In this document: positions 35,821-47,298 of the stretch, in pieces
How the letters are laid out: every line of letters starts with the position of its first letter
Position numbering within the stretch: the stretch's first letter is position 1
Program-made: the position numbers and the translations under genes
Assembly: GCA_010093605.1 (NCBI GenBank)
Contig: MU004182.1
Location: 591,032-655,031 of the forward strand
DNA length: 64,000 nt
Reading direction: 5' to 3'
From: Lophium mytilinum
Taxonomy: Eukaryota
The notes under the pieces: model-generated
Told to the model about the DNA's origin: nothing
What the model saw: the letters and a program-made list of their open reading frames with translations, nothing else
Databases searched by the model: none

Positions 35821-36691
35821 GGAGGCACTGACACAAACGCGGTTAGTGTGAACCTAGTAGCAGCGAGCGGTCTGCTCTATAGTCCACCACGATTTGATGG
35901 GGGACATGAAATCCGGGACGAGAAATTTAGCTCGAAGAGGAGGGAGGAAATGATACCACTGACGGTGTAGTAGTGTTAGAAGGCATGGGGGGTCCTCCAG
36001 CGCGACGTGTCCAGGCGGTCATACTGGCAGTGTGCTAAGCTAGAAATAGGCGTGAAATGAGGAGCAAGTCTGGCTTCAAGTGTCTTAAACTCAGAGTTAT
36101 GAGGCTCCTAAGTCATTCCAGCACAGAAGGCGCGGCTCGAGCAAATGCGGGCCATAGAGGCTGAATTGCCTGGTCTAATAGGTGAGCTCTATTCAGACAG
36201 ATACTAGATGAATACTTCCTCGCAGGTACTGATAGTTGACGCCGAGGCGAGACTTGCCACTCAGAGTCGTCATCTCAATGATAAAGTTTATTACTATGTG
36301 GTATCAGTACCAGCTCCTTCACGGGGCCATGGAGTTAGCGCTCTAATTAGACGGTCAGTTCTTTATAGCAGCCAAGGCAAAGCACGATTCATCATATCGG
36401 CGAGTGTGCCCTACGCCTTTGAACTTTGAGTGATTTGACTGGCGATTAAGACTGACCAGAAGAGATCATTCTGATGTTTCCTGAATGCAGTTATGGCGAC
36501 GGTTTGACCTATGCCATTCGGAGATTTCCTGAGGATTTGGTCCCAAGAACAGCTACAGCTACTGGTACTCAATAAGCCAAGTGGCCTGCATGAGAGTATG
36601 AACGAATCATCAAGCATCATATCGGTGCTGAGCGTGACTAAGAAAATTGCAGTACCGAGCGATTCTCGAACCCAAATCACACCACGATACA

Positions 36692-38696
36692 CTACCACGT
36701 GACCTTGGAAAGAATTTCTGCATCGCCGGCGTAAGCATCCTGCTGCCCCTCAGTTCGGATTATCTCTTCGTATTTGGGATCGCGCAGGTTGAAGTTAACG
36801 TCAAATGGCTTAAGATGGGCGACAATGCCCGGTATGTATTCCGTTTTAGGCGTGATTTCTTTCCCGTCCGGTCCCACCGGCGAGGTCATGGTGTAAGCAG
36901 CGAGAGTTTGTGCGATGGTCACAAACATTGCACTGTCAGCCAGAAGGCGTCCTGGGCAAATGCGTCGTCCCCAACCGAAAATGTTCTCGGTAGGGTCTGC
37001 CTCCCGTCGGTGGCCGGGGCTGTCGAGGAATCTCTCAGGCCGGAATGTTCGTGGCTCAGGGTATGTAGCCGGGTCGTTGTTATACAGCCTGCAAGACAAA
37101 CCTCAGCCACAAGAAAACAGGATAAGGGCAGCAAACCTGCAAGATACTAATAGTTGGGCAAGGAAGAGGTTTTGAACGGTATAGGAGAAGACAAAACACC
37201 TACCAGGCATTAGGCATCAAAGTGGCACCTTTGGGTATAAGATTGCCCCTGTAGATGATGTCTTCATCTGCCCTGTGAGGTAAGGCTATTGGGCCTGCCG
37301 TGTGCCAACGCATAGTTTCTAGAACCATCGCGTTTAGGTAGGGAAGTTCGTCACGATCAGAAAGAAGCGGAAGACGATCACGACCGATGACACGGTCGAT
37401 TTCCTCTTGACCTTTTCGTTGCACCTCAGGGAAGAGTAACATGGCAAGCAGAAACCCTTTCAGCGAAGCAACGGTCTGTTTAAGTACAATTAGTGGCGAG
37501 ATTTGCGTGAGGAGTGGGTGAGTTGCGTGTGCATACCGTGTCAGCACCAGCAAGATACATCCCCATTGCAGTCCACGCCACATCGCTGTGTAGCTCATTG
37601 TCGTCAAGAAGGTCTGACGCATAGGAAGGCACGTGATTGTTTTGTTTCCTCTGGTGTATCGTGAAGGCTAGTGGTTTCTCAATGACTTCGTCCACATGTG
37701 CGTGCACCTCCCGTGCGGCTTTCTTGAACCCGCCTCCGGGAAACCACTCCGGTATGTGGCGCACTATCGGACGGGTGGTTTAGTATTCGCAAAGCCGTCT
37801 TTACACAGGCCAAGATACTTACTAAATGGAAAGAAATCGACCAGCCACTTTCCGGGCAAGGTACTGTACACAAACCAATCGAGAGCAGATTCGGACAGAG
37901 AGACCAGTGGGTCAATTTCTTCGGGCAAGATGGAATAACCGTAGGTGACTTTTAGAATGAAGGCCCCGGCTTCTCTGATACAAGATCCATCGTTAGTCGT
38001 CATCACTTTAAAGAGGATTTGAGACAAGTTTGTGCCGGCACCTACCTTCGAAGATGTTCAGGATAGTGTTTAGGGTCCTTTAGTAGCCGCAATAAGAACC
38101 GTTGGGACTCTAGTTCTTGCAATGGGTGGAATTTTGCGACCGCAATCTTCGAGCCTAGCACCTTCGCCATAGCTTTACGGTACTGCCGGAAAAGCCTTCT
38201 GTCCCTTGTCAAAGCAAGTGACTTCTTCCAACCAGCACTGCGGGAGAAGATTCGTGTCAGCATGAAGTGATCCTTTACCGCTAATATCGCAATGAAGTGG
38301 GGGAAATACAATTCGTATGCAAACACTGATTCCGGCCGAGATGAAGTCTTGGCAGACTCTTTATCCAGGATATCAGTTGCATATTGCTTGTCATTGATGA
38401 GGACAATTGTAGTGCCGAGTATCGTCAAAGAGCTGATTGGGCCTATTCACCCCCTGGTCAGATTCTACTCAGCTTCTGATTGATGAAACGCTCAACGAAC
38501 CGTAAAGCTCCCTGTGCTTTATCCAGGTCAAAAAATCCACAGATCCTTCCGGTGGAAGATCATAGAGGTTTCCCACTATTGGGAGTCCTTTTGGACCTGG
38601 TGGTAGAGGGAGAGACCTGGGCTTGGTTTGTGATCTCCATAAAAGATAAAGGCCGATAATCGCGACAGCAAGGCTGGCCGTTGACGCAAAACCCAT
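36692..38696 (-). CDS. Cytochrome P450 (OrdA-like/CYP64-clan type), multi-exon
   Basis: TM anchor + LPPGPKGLPIVGNL, I-helix AGADT, ETMRWH (ExxR), FRPERF and heme motif FGWGRRICPG, spread across ORF pieces separated by GT-AG introns. Confidence 0.92.
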
Positions 38697-39442
38697 GATT
38701 GCTGAGTGTGAGAGTGAGAAGGAGTGCTCTCGCAGCCCGACAGCACTTATGGAAATGTGGTGTGATATGAACTGCTAACCCGGGGATAATCTGGGGTAGC
38801 GGGGCCTTCGATTTTGTCGCTTATCGCTGTGGCTTTAACACCAAATGCTCGCCATCCACCTATATCCTCCCTTCATACTATTGAACTCCTGGGCTTTCTA
38901 TGTTCCGAGGTGTCAGGTTGAGGTGGGAGTCTTCGGCAAATCCTAAAGCTATGACGCGGGGTGAATTGATATCACACATATGCGAAGTACCATCGTCTTT
39001 GGGTCGGGAGTCTATGAACCGGGAAATTATTTCCAATCAGAGTTCAAGTTTGTCACTAGATTTGACTTATTATTCAAGCACAGAGCTTTGTAGCTTTCGC
39101 CGGCTCGGCAGTCTCTTCTACCCGGACCCCCTGGTACGGATAATTGATGTTCAGTCATGAACGATCGCATTATGTTCAGATGCTGTGATATTTAGGGTTA
39201 CTAGAGGATGTGCAGATGCGGGGAAGAGTCGATCATTTTCCAACCAATTACCAAGTCACTAATCAATATCTATTCGGCACCACCAGCTCGGGAAGTCTTG
39301 CCTCCAGTCTTGCTAGCTTGACGCTACTACCTGTCCTTGCAGTAAGCTGCTATATTGCTGCTTCCTACGCTGGGCTGGACAATCACGACGTACAGCTTCA
39401 ATACACATATATAGGAGAGCTGCCAGATTTCAGAGTGGCACC

Positions 39443-40897
39443 ATGAGTTCGACACCACCCCGACGAGTATTGGTGATTGGCAGTGGCGGCGCTGGTGTGG
39501 CAGCAGCACTAGAAGCCAGCCGTCACGGTGCGGAAGTCATCCTGCTTGAATCAAAAGATCAACTTGGCGGCGCGACTTCCATGTCAGGCGGAATTATATA
39601 TGCAGGGGGAACTAAGACGCAGAAGGAGGCCGGAGTCCAGGACACCAAGGAGGAGCTCCTTGCATATCTTTCAGCTATTTGCCAATGGACGGTCAGCCCG
39701 AAGCTTCTGGAGACGACGGTAGAAGGTTGCGTTGATCTTATTCCGTGGCTGGAGGACTTGGGTGTGGTATTCAAACCCGGAGATCTATACGTCGCCGGCA
39801 TGGAGAAGAGTCCTAGAGGTCACAAGCCCAGTGGGGACACTGGTGGGAGAGGTCCAGCTGGAGGTGCCGTTCTCATCAACGCCATTGTGAATGCCTTTGA
39901 CGAACAAAAAGTGCAAGTTCACACAAACACCAGGATCACTGGCATTACGAGGAGTACTGGTGGTGGGATCAAAGTCACCTCAGAGAATGGGGGAAAATTT
40001 CACGGGGACTCAGTTGTCTTTGCATCGGGGGGCTTTGGCGCGAGCGTGAAGAAGCTGGCTCAGTATTATCCAGACGCCGTCAAGCATGAGGGCTGGACTC
40101 GGTACATCGGACCAGACTCGAACCAAGGCGATGCTATTGACCTGGCTCTTTCGGTAGGAGGAACGGTAGTGAACGAGAACACCGGAGGTCTTGACGCCAC
40201 ACCCAACTTTATCCAGGATATCGACCTGTACATGCCTCCGTGGCTGCTATATCTCAACCTTCATGGGCGGCGATTCATCAACGAGATGGCTCCTTATTCT
40301 TTCGGTGGGCCCACCCTTGTGGCACAGCCAGAATCCAGGTGTTGGGCAGTCTTTGACACTCGAGCTCTCACCTATGCCACCGACCACCCTCTCGACCCTG
40401 ATCCGTACGGTCTAGGATTCAAAATGCGCTCGAACTGGGAAGCGGACACGCTTCACAAAGAGATCGCGAGCGGACGCATCATCAAGGCCGATTCGCTTTC
40501 TGAATTGGCCCGCCTAACCGGAATGCCTGTCGAGAGTGTGGAATATACGATTTCGAAGTGGAACCAGGATGCTGTCCATGGAAAGGATCCTGAGTTTGGG
40601 AAGAAGTCCTCCGAAATGATGCCACTCGACCAAGCGCCCTATTACGCTGCTGATGTGCGCTCGCACGTGGTGGGAATCACTTACGCAGGGCTGAAGGTTG
40701 ACGAGGAGGCACGCCTGCTTGATCAGTTCGGTCGGCCCATTCCTCATTTCTATGCTGCTGGTGAAGCTGTTGGTGGTCTCGAAAAGTCAATCTACCCTGG
40801 AGGGGGCTATTCAATCGGTGTAGCACTCTTGTTTGGAAGAATTGCTGGCAAGAACGCAGCATCTGAGGGCAAGCAGCACCTTAACGGACGTCTATGA
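39443..40897 (+). CDS. FAD_binding_2 flavoprotein (3-ketosteroid dehydrogenase/flavocytochrome c-like), intronless
   Basis: IGSGGAG, GGATSMSGG, ASGGFG, GRRFINE, GLKVD, FYAAGE and YPGGGYSIGVALLFGRIAG. Lacks the SdhA covalent-FAD His motif. Ends -GRL. Confidence 0.85.
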   Translation: MSSTPPRRVLVIGSGGAGVAAALEASRHGAEVILLESKDQLGGATSMSGGIIYAGGTKTQKEAGVQDTKEELLAYLSAICQWTVSPKLLETTVEGCVDLIPWLEDLGVVFKPGDLYVAGMEKSPRGHKPSGDTGGRGPAGGAVLINAIVNAFDEQKVQVHTNTRITGITRSTGGGIKVTSENGGKFHGDSVVFASGGFGASVKKLAQYYPDAVKHEGWTRYIGPDSNQGDAIDLALSVGGTVVNENTGGLDATPNFIQDIDLYMPPWLLYLNLHGRRFINEMAPYSFGGPTLVAQPESRCWAVFDTRALTYATDHPLDPDPYGLGFKMRSNWEADTLHKEIASGRIIKADSLSELARLTGMPVESVEYTISKWNQDAVHGKDPEFGKKSSEMMPLDQAPYYAADVRSHVVGITYAGLKVDEEARLLDQFGRPIPHFYAAGEAVGGLEKSIYPGGGYSIGVALLFGRIAGKNAASEGKQHLNGRL

Positions 40898-41253
40898 AGA
40901 GAGGCGTTTCTACGTCTAGGTACTGCAGCAAATTTTGACCTGACTCTCAAGATTATCAGCACTGAGAGGATAATCTGTATTCAGTTCACACTAAGTCATA
41001 AAGATCCTTCATGCTAGTAGTGGGACCTGTTTTTGATACTAATCTGTTGGATAAAGTAACTCGGTTTGTCACATAGTAATAAAAGAAGAGGATGATATGT
41101 TCTTGTTATGACTGTTTCCCACGTACGATTAGGACAATATATTTTGGTCACAATACGCAAATGGCTAGTTTGTGTCTATAGCTACCGAGTTTTGACCTGG
41201 GGATGGAGTCAAGTTTCTGCCTGAACTTCAAAACTAAAGCCTTTGCTAGAGCT

Positions 41254-42481
41254 TTAATACGTAGTTGTATTGACCGTAAAGCCACTAGTGAATACGAGTC
41301 AGTATGTTAGTGTCAAAGATGGACCGTGGGAAACTCACCCATCGACGACAAGATTTTGACCATTGACAAGGCTCATTTGGTTCGAGGACAACAACGCAAC
41401 TGCGTCACCGATCTCCTGTGGTTGCCCCGTTCGACCTTGGCGGGCCTCGAACATCTTCCATGCCTCGAAAACCTGGGGATCTGATTTGACTATTGGCTCG
41501 GCGATTTTTGTCAAGATGAAACCTGGCGATAGCGAATTGACTCTTATTCCATACTGTCGAGCTTCTAATGCTGCCTTCAAAGGTGGGGGTTGGAACGTTA
41601 GCACCTTTTCCCCCATAGCTGTAACAAGGCAAGTGTACAAGAGAATCAGGGATATGCACTTACAGCCTTAGTAAGACCAGCAACAGCATGCTTTGACGCT
41701 GTATATACGCCAGTCCCAGCCATAGCTTGAATCGAATTCACCGAAGCGCAGTTCACGATGGAACCCCTAACGGCCACGCGTCCAGCTTCCCTGGATCAGA
41801 ACCAGATGTATTAGCACAATGAAGAAAAGGATCGTCGATGAGGTTGTAGATGTTTTGCTCTTACCATTCGATAGGGTCTTGTTTCATCATCTGCAACAGC
41901 TGATGTTTTGTGCTAATGAACACCCCTGTCGTGTTGACGGCCATTACTTTTTCCCACTCTTCCACACTGATCTCTGAAATAGGTTTATGTGGGCCGCCCA
42001 CTCCTGCGAAGTTGCTGGGTGTCAGTCAGTCACGTGTCGCATTAAACTAGGTCAGTCCCGTACGCTGTGTAGTCAATACGTCCAAACTCTGCGACCGTTT
42101 TAGCAATGGCGCTCTCGAAATCCTTCTCGTCTGTGACATTGGCTTTGATGGGCAAACATTTGACCTGTCACAGCGTCCAGTTTCTCGTAAGCAAGCTATG
42201 CAAGAAACACAGAACATTCATCAAATTCTGCTAAAACTTGCCTGGTTTCCCTGAGATTCGACTTCCGTCTTCGCGCTTTCCATGGTTTCATCATCCTGGA
42301 TGTCAACGATCACAACACCTCTTGCCCCTGATTTCGCAAAGGACACAGCAATTGCGAGCCCCAGGCCACGTCCACCACCTGTTACGAAGGCAACTCCCGG
42401 CAAAAGCGAGGATGATTGGTGTGTTGACGCCTTTGAAAAAAGTCAGAACTTGAGATACTGCAAAAGGGAGCTACTTACCAT
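41254..42481 (-). CDS. Classical short-chain dehydrogenase/reductase, multi-exon
   Basis: ATG micro-exon at 42481-42479 followed by GTAAGT. Motifs TGGGRGLG, NFAG, YTASKHA (YxxxK), GIRVNSLSPG and LVVDGGF. Last exon 41284-41254. Confidence 0.85.
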
Positions 42482-43040
42482 TTTTGTGTGAGCTCTATTG
42501 ATGAGAAGCGGACTTCAGAAAAGTTATTCAACGTTAAGAGCGCTCTCCACGTGTATTTTCAAATCCACCGTTTACCTGTGCTTGGAAAAATTACTTTGGG
42601 GACAGACCGGGTGGTAGGATACTCCGAGTTCCGAAAGGCGGATTATCTACACGGGAGCGATGGAGAGACGACCTTCTTCCCAAAGGGTGCAATGCGCCAA
42701 GACGGTAGACCAGTTTCGAGCGTACGTCTATCGGGTATTTAGTCGTGCATTTGAAAATTTGGCAGTGATCCGGAAAGCTGATAGTAAAGGCAGCCTTTGT
42801 CTACCCCCGGAGGACAGGGGTATCCTAACCCTAAGGCCCATTCCGACTGGCTCGGGTATATTACTAGTTACCATTAGACGCATCGCCCGAATTTTCGGGA
42901 GCACAACCGTGAGACATGCTGGCTAGCTAAATGCTCCTCTATTGGCTCCCAAGTAATTTCTTCAACTTCTTCCCTCTTTGGTCTCTGCGGCTACTTCCCT
43001 CGTCCACTACCGTCCGCCAGGCAGCAAACTTTTCCACAGA

Positions 43041-44693
43041 ATGAGTTGGGATAGCGAATATGATATCATCTGTGTTGGGTCCGGGGTTGGGGGTCTATCG
43101 GCAGCCTTGACAGGCGCACAGCAGGGTGCTAGTGTCCTTGTACTGGATAAATTTCACCTTATTGGCGGAGTGTCGGCGTTGTCTTCGGGTCAACTTTGGC
43201 CAGGTCCAACCCATCTTTCCAAGGCAGAAGGAATTGAAGACAATGACAGCGACGCACAAGCTTACATCAACCATCTCTCACAAGGCTTTTCTGATCCAGA
43301 CTTACGGGAGTCCTATCTCGCCCAATGTCGGGGGGCGATCAAGTACTTCACCGACACCATTGGCTTGGAGCTGCAAGTGATCAAAGATCTGCCCGATTAC
43401 TACTACCCAGCGGTGAAGGGCTCTGCTCCTCAGGGGCGTTTTCTCGAAATCAAACCTTTTCCAGCAACAAAACTTCCTGGGGAATGGGCCTCCAAGATCT
43501 TAACATCTCCATATGGCGACGGTTTCAGCTACGTAACCGGGAATGAATTTGTATCAATGCAGTTGAAAGGCGGAGAGCATGTCGGCACAGTCCTCCAGCG
43601 CCATGTCAAAGCAGACGAACGGACTTCCGGGGCAGGCCTAGCAGCCGCACAGGTATATGCCGCTTTACAGCGCGGAGTCAAGATTCAACCATCGACCGAG
43701 GTGGTTGACCTTGTTGTCGAAGGGGGGAGGATTACAGGAGTGATAGCACGCGATGCCTCCTCCTCCTCCACAAAACGCATTCGGGCTCGACTCGGTGTTC
43801 TTCTTGCGACTGGAGGTTATGATCTCCAGCCCAACATGGTACGCGGCTTTGACAACCTGATCAACGCCGGCAATATGACGATACCCACTATCACAGGAGA
43901 TCATCTTACTTTGGCAGCCAAAGTAGGCGCTGTTCCATATCCAGCTCATCCCTCAGCCTTGACTGCGATCTTTGTCGGATACCAAATTCCTGGTGAGATT
44001 ATTTACGGTAAACCAACCTGGCGGTTACTTCTCCCTGGAGCGCCACACTCATTCATTGTCAACTCGCGAGGTAATCGCTTCGCCAATGATTCCTTTTACC
44101 CCGATGTCTCGGCCAAAGCCGGACGCTACGATGGACAAGAACAGGGTTTGGTGAACTGGCCGGCATGGCTTGTCTTCGACCATAACTTTGTTGAAAAATA
44201 CAATCTGCTACCAGCCTACCCAGGCCAGCCATTACCTCAGGGAATCGCTGTGAGCTCAGACACGCTCCGCGGTCTGGCCGAAGTGGCAGAGATCGATGCC
44301 GACGGGCTTTTGAGCACAGCAGAACGATTCAACGGCTTCTGCAAAACCGGGGTAGATGAAGACTTCGGACGTGGATCTCTGCCATGGGGCACGATCATGA
44401 CTGGCGATTACAGCCTCCCCCATCCTAGCTTCGCCGAGCTAGCGAAGGCGCCATTCTATGCAGTCAAGCTTCATCGTGTTACCGTGGGTGTCCCAACCGC
44501 GGGTTTGCCCACCAACGGCGACGGGAGTGTCATCAGTGCGGCTGGCCATGTTGTCCCCGGCCTTTACGCCACCGGTAATTCTGCAGCGTACCGCGACTGG
44601 GGAGCTGGATATAATAGCGGGGTTGCGAATATGCGTGGAATGCTTTACGGTTATAAAGCATCCTTACATATGGTTAAAGAAGCAGGTCTGTAG
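43041..44693 (+). CDS. 3-ketosteroid-delta1-dehydrogenase (KstD)-like FAD oxidoreductase, intronless
   Basis: MSWDSEYDIICVGSGVGG, GGVSALSSGQLWPG, PDYY, LATGGY, GNRFAND, DEDFGRG, GLYATGN and GYNSG. First ATG at 43041. Confidence 0.85.
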   Translation: MSWDSEYDIICVGSGVGGLSAALTGAQQGASVLVLDKFHLIGGVSALSSGQLWPGPTHLSKAEGIEDNDSDAQAYINHLSQGFSDPDLRESYLAQCRGAIKYFTDTIGLELQVIKDLPDYYYPAVKGSAPQGRFLEIKPFPATKLPGEWASKILTSPYGDGFSYVTGNEFVSMQLKGGEHVGTVLQRHVKADERTSGAGLAAAQVYAALQRGVKIQPSTEVVDLVVEGGRITGVIARDASSSSTKRIRARLGVLLATGGYDLQPNMVRGFDNLINAGNMTIPTITGDHLTLAAKVGAVPYPAHPSALTAIFVGYQIPGEIIYGKPTWRLLLPGAPHSFIVNSRGNRFANDSFYPDVSAKAGRYDGQEQGLVNWPAWLVFDHNFVEKYNLLPAYPGQPLPQGIAVSSDTLRGLAEVAEIDADGLLSTAERFNGFCKTGVDEDFGRGSLPWGTIMTGDYSLPHPSFAELAKAPFYAVKLHRVTVGVPTAGLPTNGDGSVISAAGHVVPGLYATGNSAAYRDWGAGYNSGVANMRGMLYGYKASLHMVKEAGL

Positions 44694-44805
44694 CTAGAAC
44701 TTGCGAGCGGTGGTAACGGCGGACATTTTTTTCTAGTTTTATGTTGAGTAAGCCTCTTAGCTAAGTTATCTTTAATGTGGAGGGGCGAGCACATAGCCCT
44801 CAAAC

Positions 44806-44835
44806 CCCCCCCCCCCCCCCCCCCCNNNNNNNNNN
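44806..44835. other. Poly-C run followed by 10-N assembly gap
   Basis: N at 44826-44835. Confidence 0.95.
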
Positions 44836-45188
44836 CCAGAGAAACAATATGTAAAATTTATGTCTATGCCAGGCTCTACGTGCGTGAGTCGTTATGACTG
44901 GTTGAATTTATCCGCGCTAGGCGGGAGAAGAAAAATGGCAACGATAACTTCTCCCTGGGAATTGCAAGTTGAGCCTACAGACAATTTCATGCAAGCTTGG
45001 AACTCGATAACGATATCCGGGTAGTTCGATGCATTGATAAACGGAAGGAAGCTGTTCTGCCGAGGCCTGGGAGACCAGAGTAGTATAAAGCCGCCCATGG
45101 CGCCCTCGAGAGGGGTACGAATACCCTTCTACTCAGGTTCAGTACGCACGTGCAGTGTAAACAGAAAGATTTTCCTCATTAACTAATC

Positions 45189-46524
45189 ATGCCAACTCCT
45201 GTACCATTCAAAATTGCAGTACCTGAAGAGAAGCTTCGTATCTTGCATCAGAAACTTTCCCTGACTGAATTGCCGGATGAAGTACCACTCAAGAAGCCTC
45301 GAAGTCGCGGCGCGCCTCTCCGAGATGTCAAAAATCTTGTTGATTATTGGCTGCATTCCTTCGACTGGCGAGCGCAAGAGAGCAAACTCAACCAGTTTCC
45401 TCAATTCACCACCGACATAGACGTGGACAGATTCGGCACATATAACGTTCATTTCATCCATCAAAGAAGCGCCGTCCCGAATGCGATCCCATTGATCTTC
45501 CTTCATGGCTGGCCTGGCAGTTTTATCGAAGTCACCAAAATTCTCCCCGAGTTGATCCAAGGGGGCCCAAATTTCCCAGCCTTCCACGTCGTGGCCCCGA
45601 GCCTCATTGACTATGGCTTCTCCCAGGGAAATACAAAAGTGAGTAGTATTGACGTCTAGCATGTTGTTGGACTGCAACCTAAAATCACTCAAGGAAGGAT
45701 TCAACCTCGATCAACACGCAGAAGCATACCACAAGCTGATGCTAAGTCTTGGATATTCTGAATATGGTAAGTGACACTCTAGCCTATTATTCATACTTGC
45801 GTTATGCTAATAAGAGTACGCAACAGTGGCTCAGGGTGGCGACATTGGTAATTTCCTGACCAGGTTTCTAGCTCTCAAGTATCCCGAATCCTGCAAAGCC
45901 CATCATACGAACATGCCGACGCCGAATCCACCGGATCCATCCAAGCACGCAGACCTCATCGCTAAAATTGAGGCTGAAGGCGGCCTGAGCGAGGAAGACC
46001 GAAATCGGTTGGCATCCACCCAAGAACACCAGGCCGACGGAATGGGGTACTCGACGGAGCACATGACGCGGCCACAAACCATCGGATACAGTCTGACTGA
46101 CAGCCCGGTGGGCTTGCTTTCATGGATTTACGAGAAGTTAGTGGACTGGGCAGCAGATTATCCATGGACCGCTGATGAAGTCTTGACCTGGGTCTCGATT
46201 TATCGTTTCTCACGCGCAGGTTCTGCTGCTCCTCAACGCATCTACTATGACATGATGCATCGGGAACCCATGTCACTCGTTGACGTGACGGCACAGTATA
46301 TCGATGTGCCTTTGGGTACTTCGCACTTCAAAAAGGACCTTTTCCGCCTTCCATCACGCTGGGATGCTACTCTTGGTCCGATCGCTTTTCAGGCGGAGCA
46401 TGACAAGGGTGGCCATTTTGCTGCATGGGAGTGCCCAAAAGAGTTAGTCAAGGACCTACGTGACATGTTTGGCAAAGAGAGTCCAATTCATGGCTGCGTG
46501 ACTGGGCAGAGTGGCTTTACATAA
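45189..46524 (+). CDS. Microsomal-type epoxide hydrolase (EHN + alpha/beta hydrolase), 3 exons
   Basis: FDWRAQE, HGWPGSF oxyanion motif, AQGGDIG nucleophile Asp, TRPQTIGY and GGHFAAWE catalytic His. Introns 45639-45693 and 45767-45825. Confidence 0.92.
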
Positions 46525-47298
46525 GTCTGCTGGGGACGGGAAGTTCTGCGTTCGAGTCTCATCGAGATAAAGGGTCAAAATCGACAGCGTTTGACGGGAT
46601 TGGTTCCGTCAATAGACTGGAACTGCTGAAAAACTTCTACCGCTGTGCTGGTTCCATTATTATGCCGTAATGCTACTTGAGCATAAAACAACGGCAACTG
46701 CTTCAGACACTCTGCTTTACTGTATTTACTCTATGTGCATTAGATGAAACCAGAATTAGGACGATATCTCACCGGCAACGGATAAATATAGATCCTGACA
46801 CACTAATGCTCGGAGGAGGAGTACGAGGAGGGAGGAGGAAGCGATACGTATTAGCTGTGAAGCATCGACTAGGATAGTGTCAAATACCCGAAACCTAGTT
46901 TGGACACTACTGACTATCAAAGACGGACCCTTCTGATTTGACGGGAGGCTTGATTTATCCGATACCCACAGCAGACTACGAGGTTCACGTCTAGTGCTCT
47001 TCCGCCGGTAGAATCCGGGTCAGATATCATGTTCTGCACAAAGACAGAACATCATAAATGTTGATAGGATTTAATTCATAGCATGTTACGGTAAACTCGG
47101 ATGTTTCAAGCGTAAAACTTTGACGAGGTGCGTTCCTAATTCTTCCCTACCCAGTGATCGGAGAGCAATGTGAGTGTACAAAGAGCCTGTCGCCGCCGCC
47201 CCACAAGAGTTATACGCAATTCTCAAAGACTCGTATTTTCCCATATACTTGATAACGGCCTCGCTGACCGGACAGTAGAGTCAAGAGACAGTCCTACC

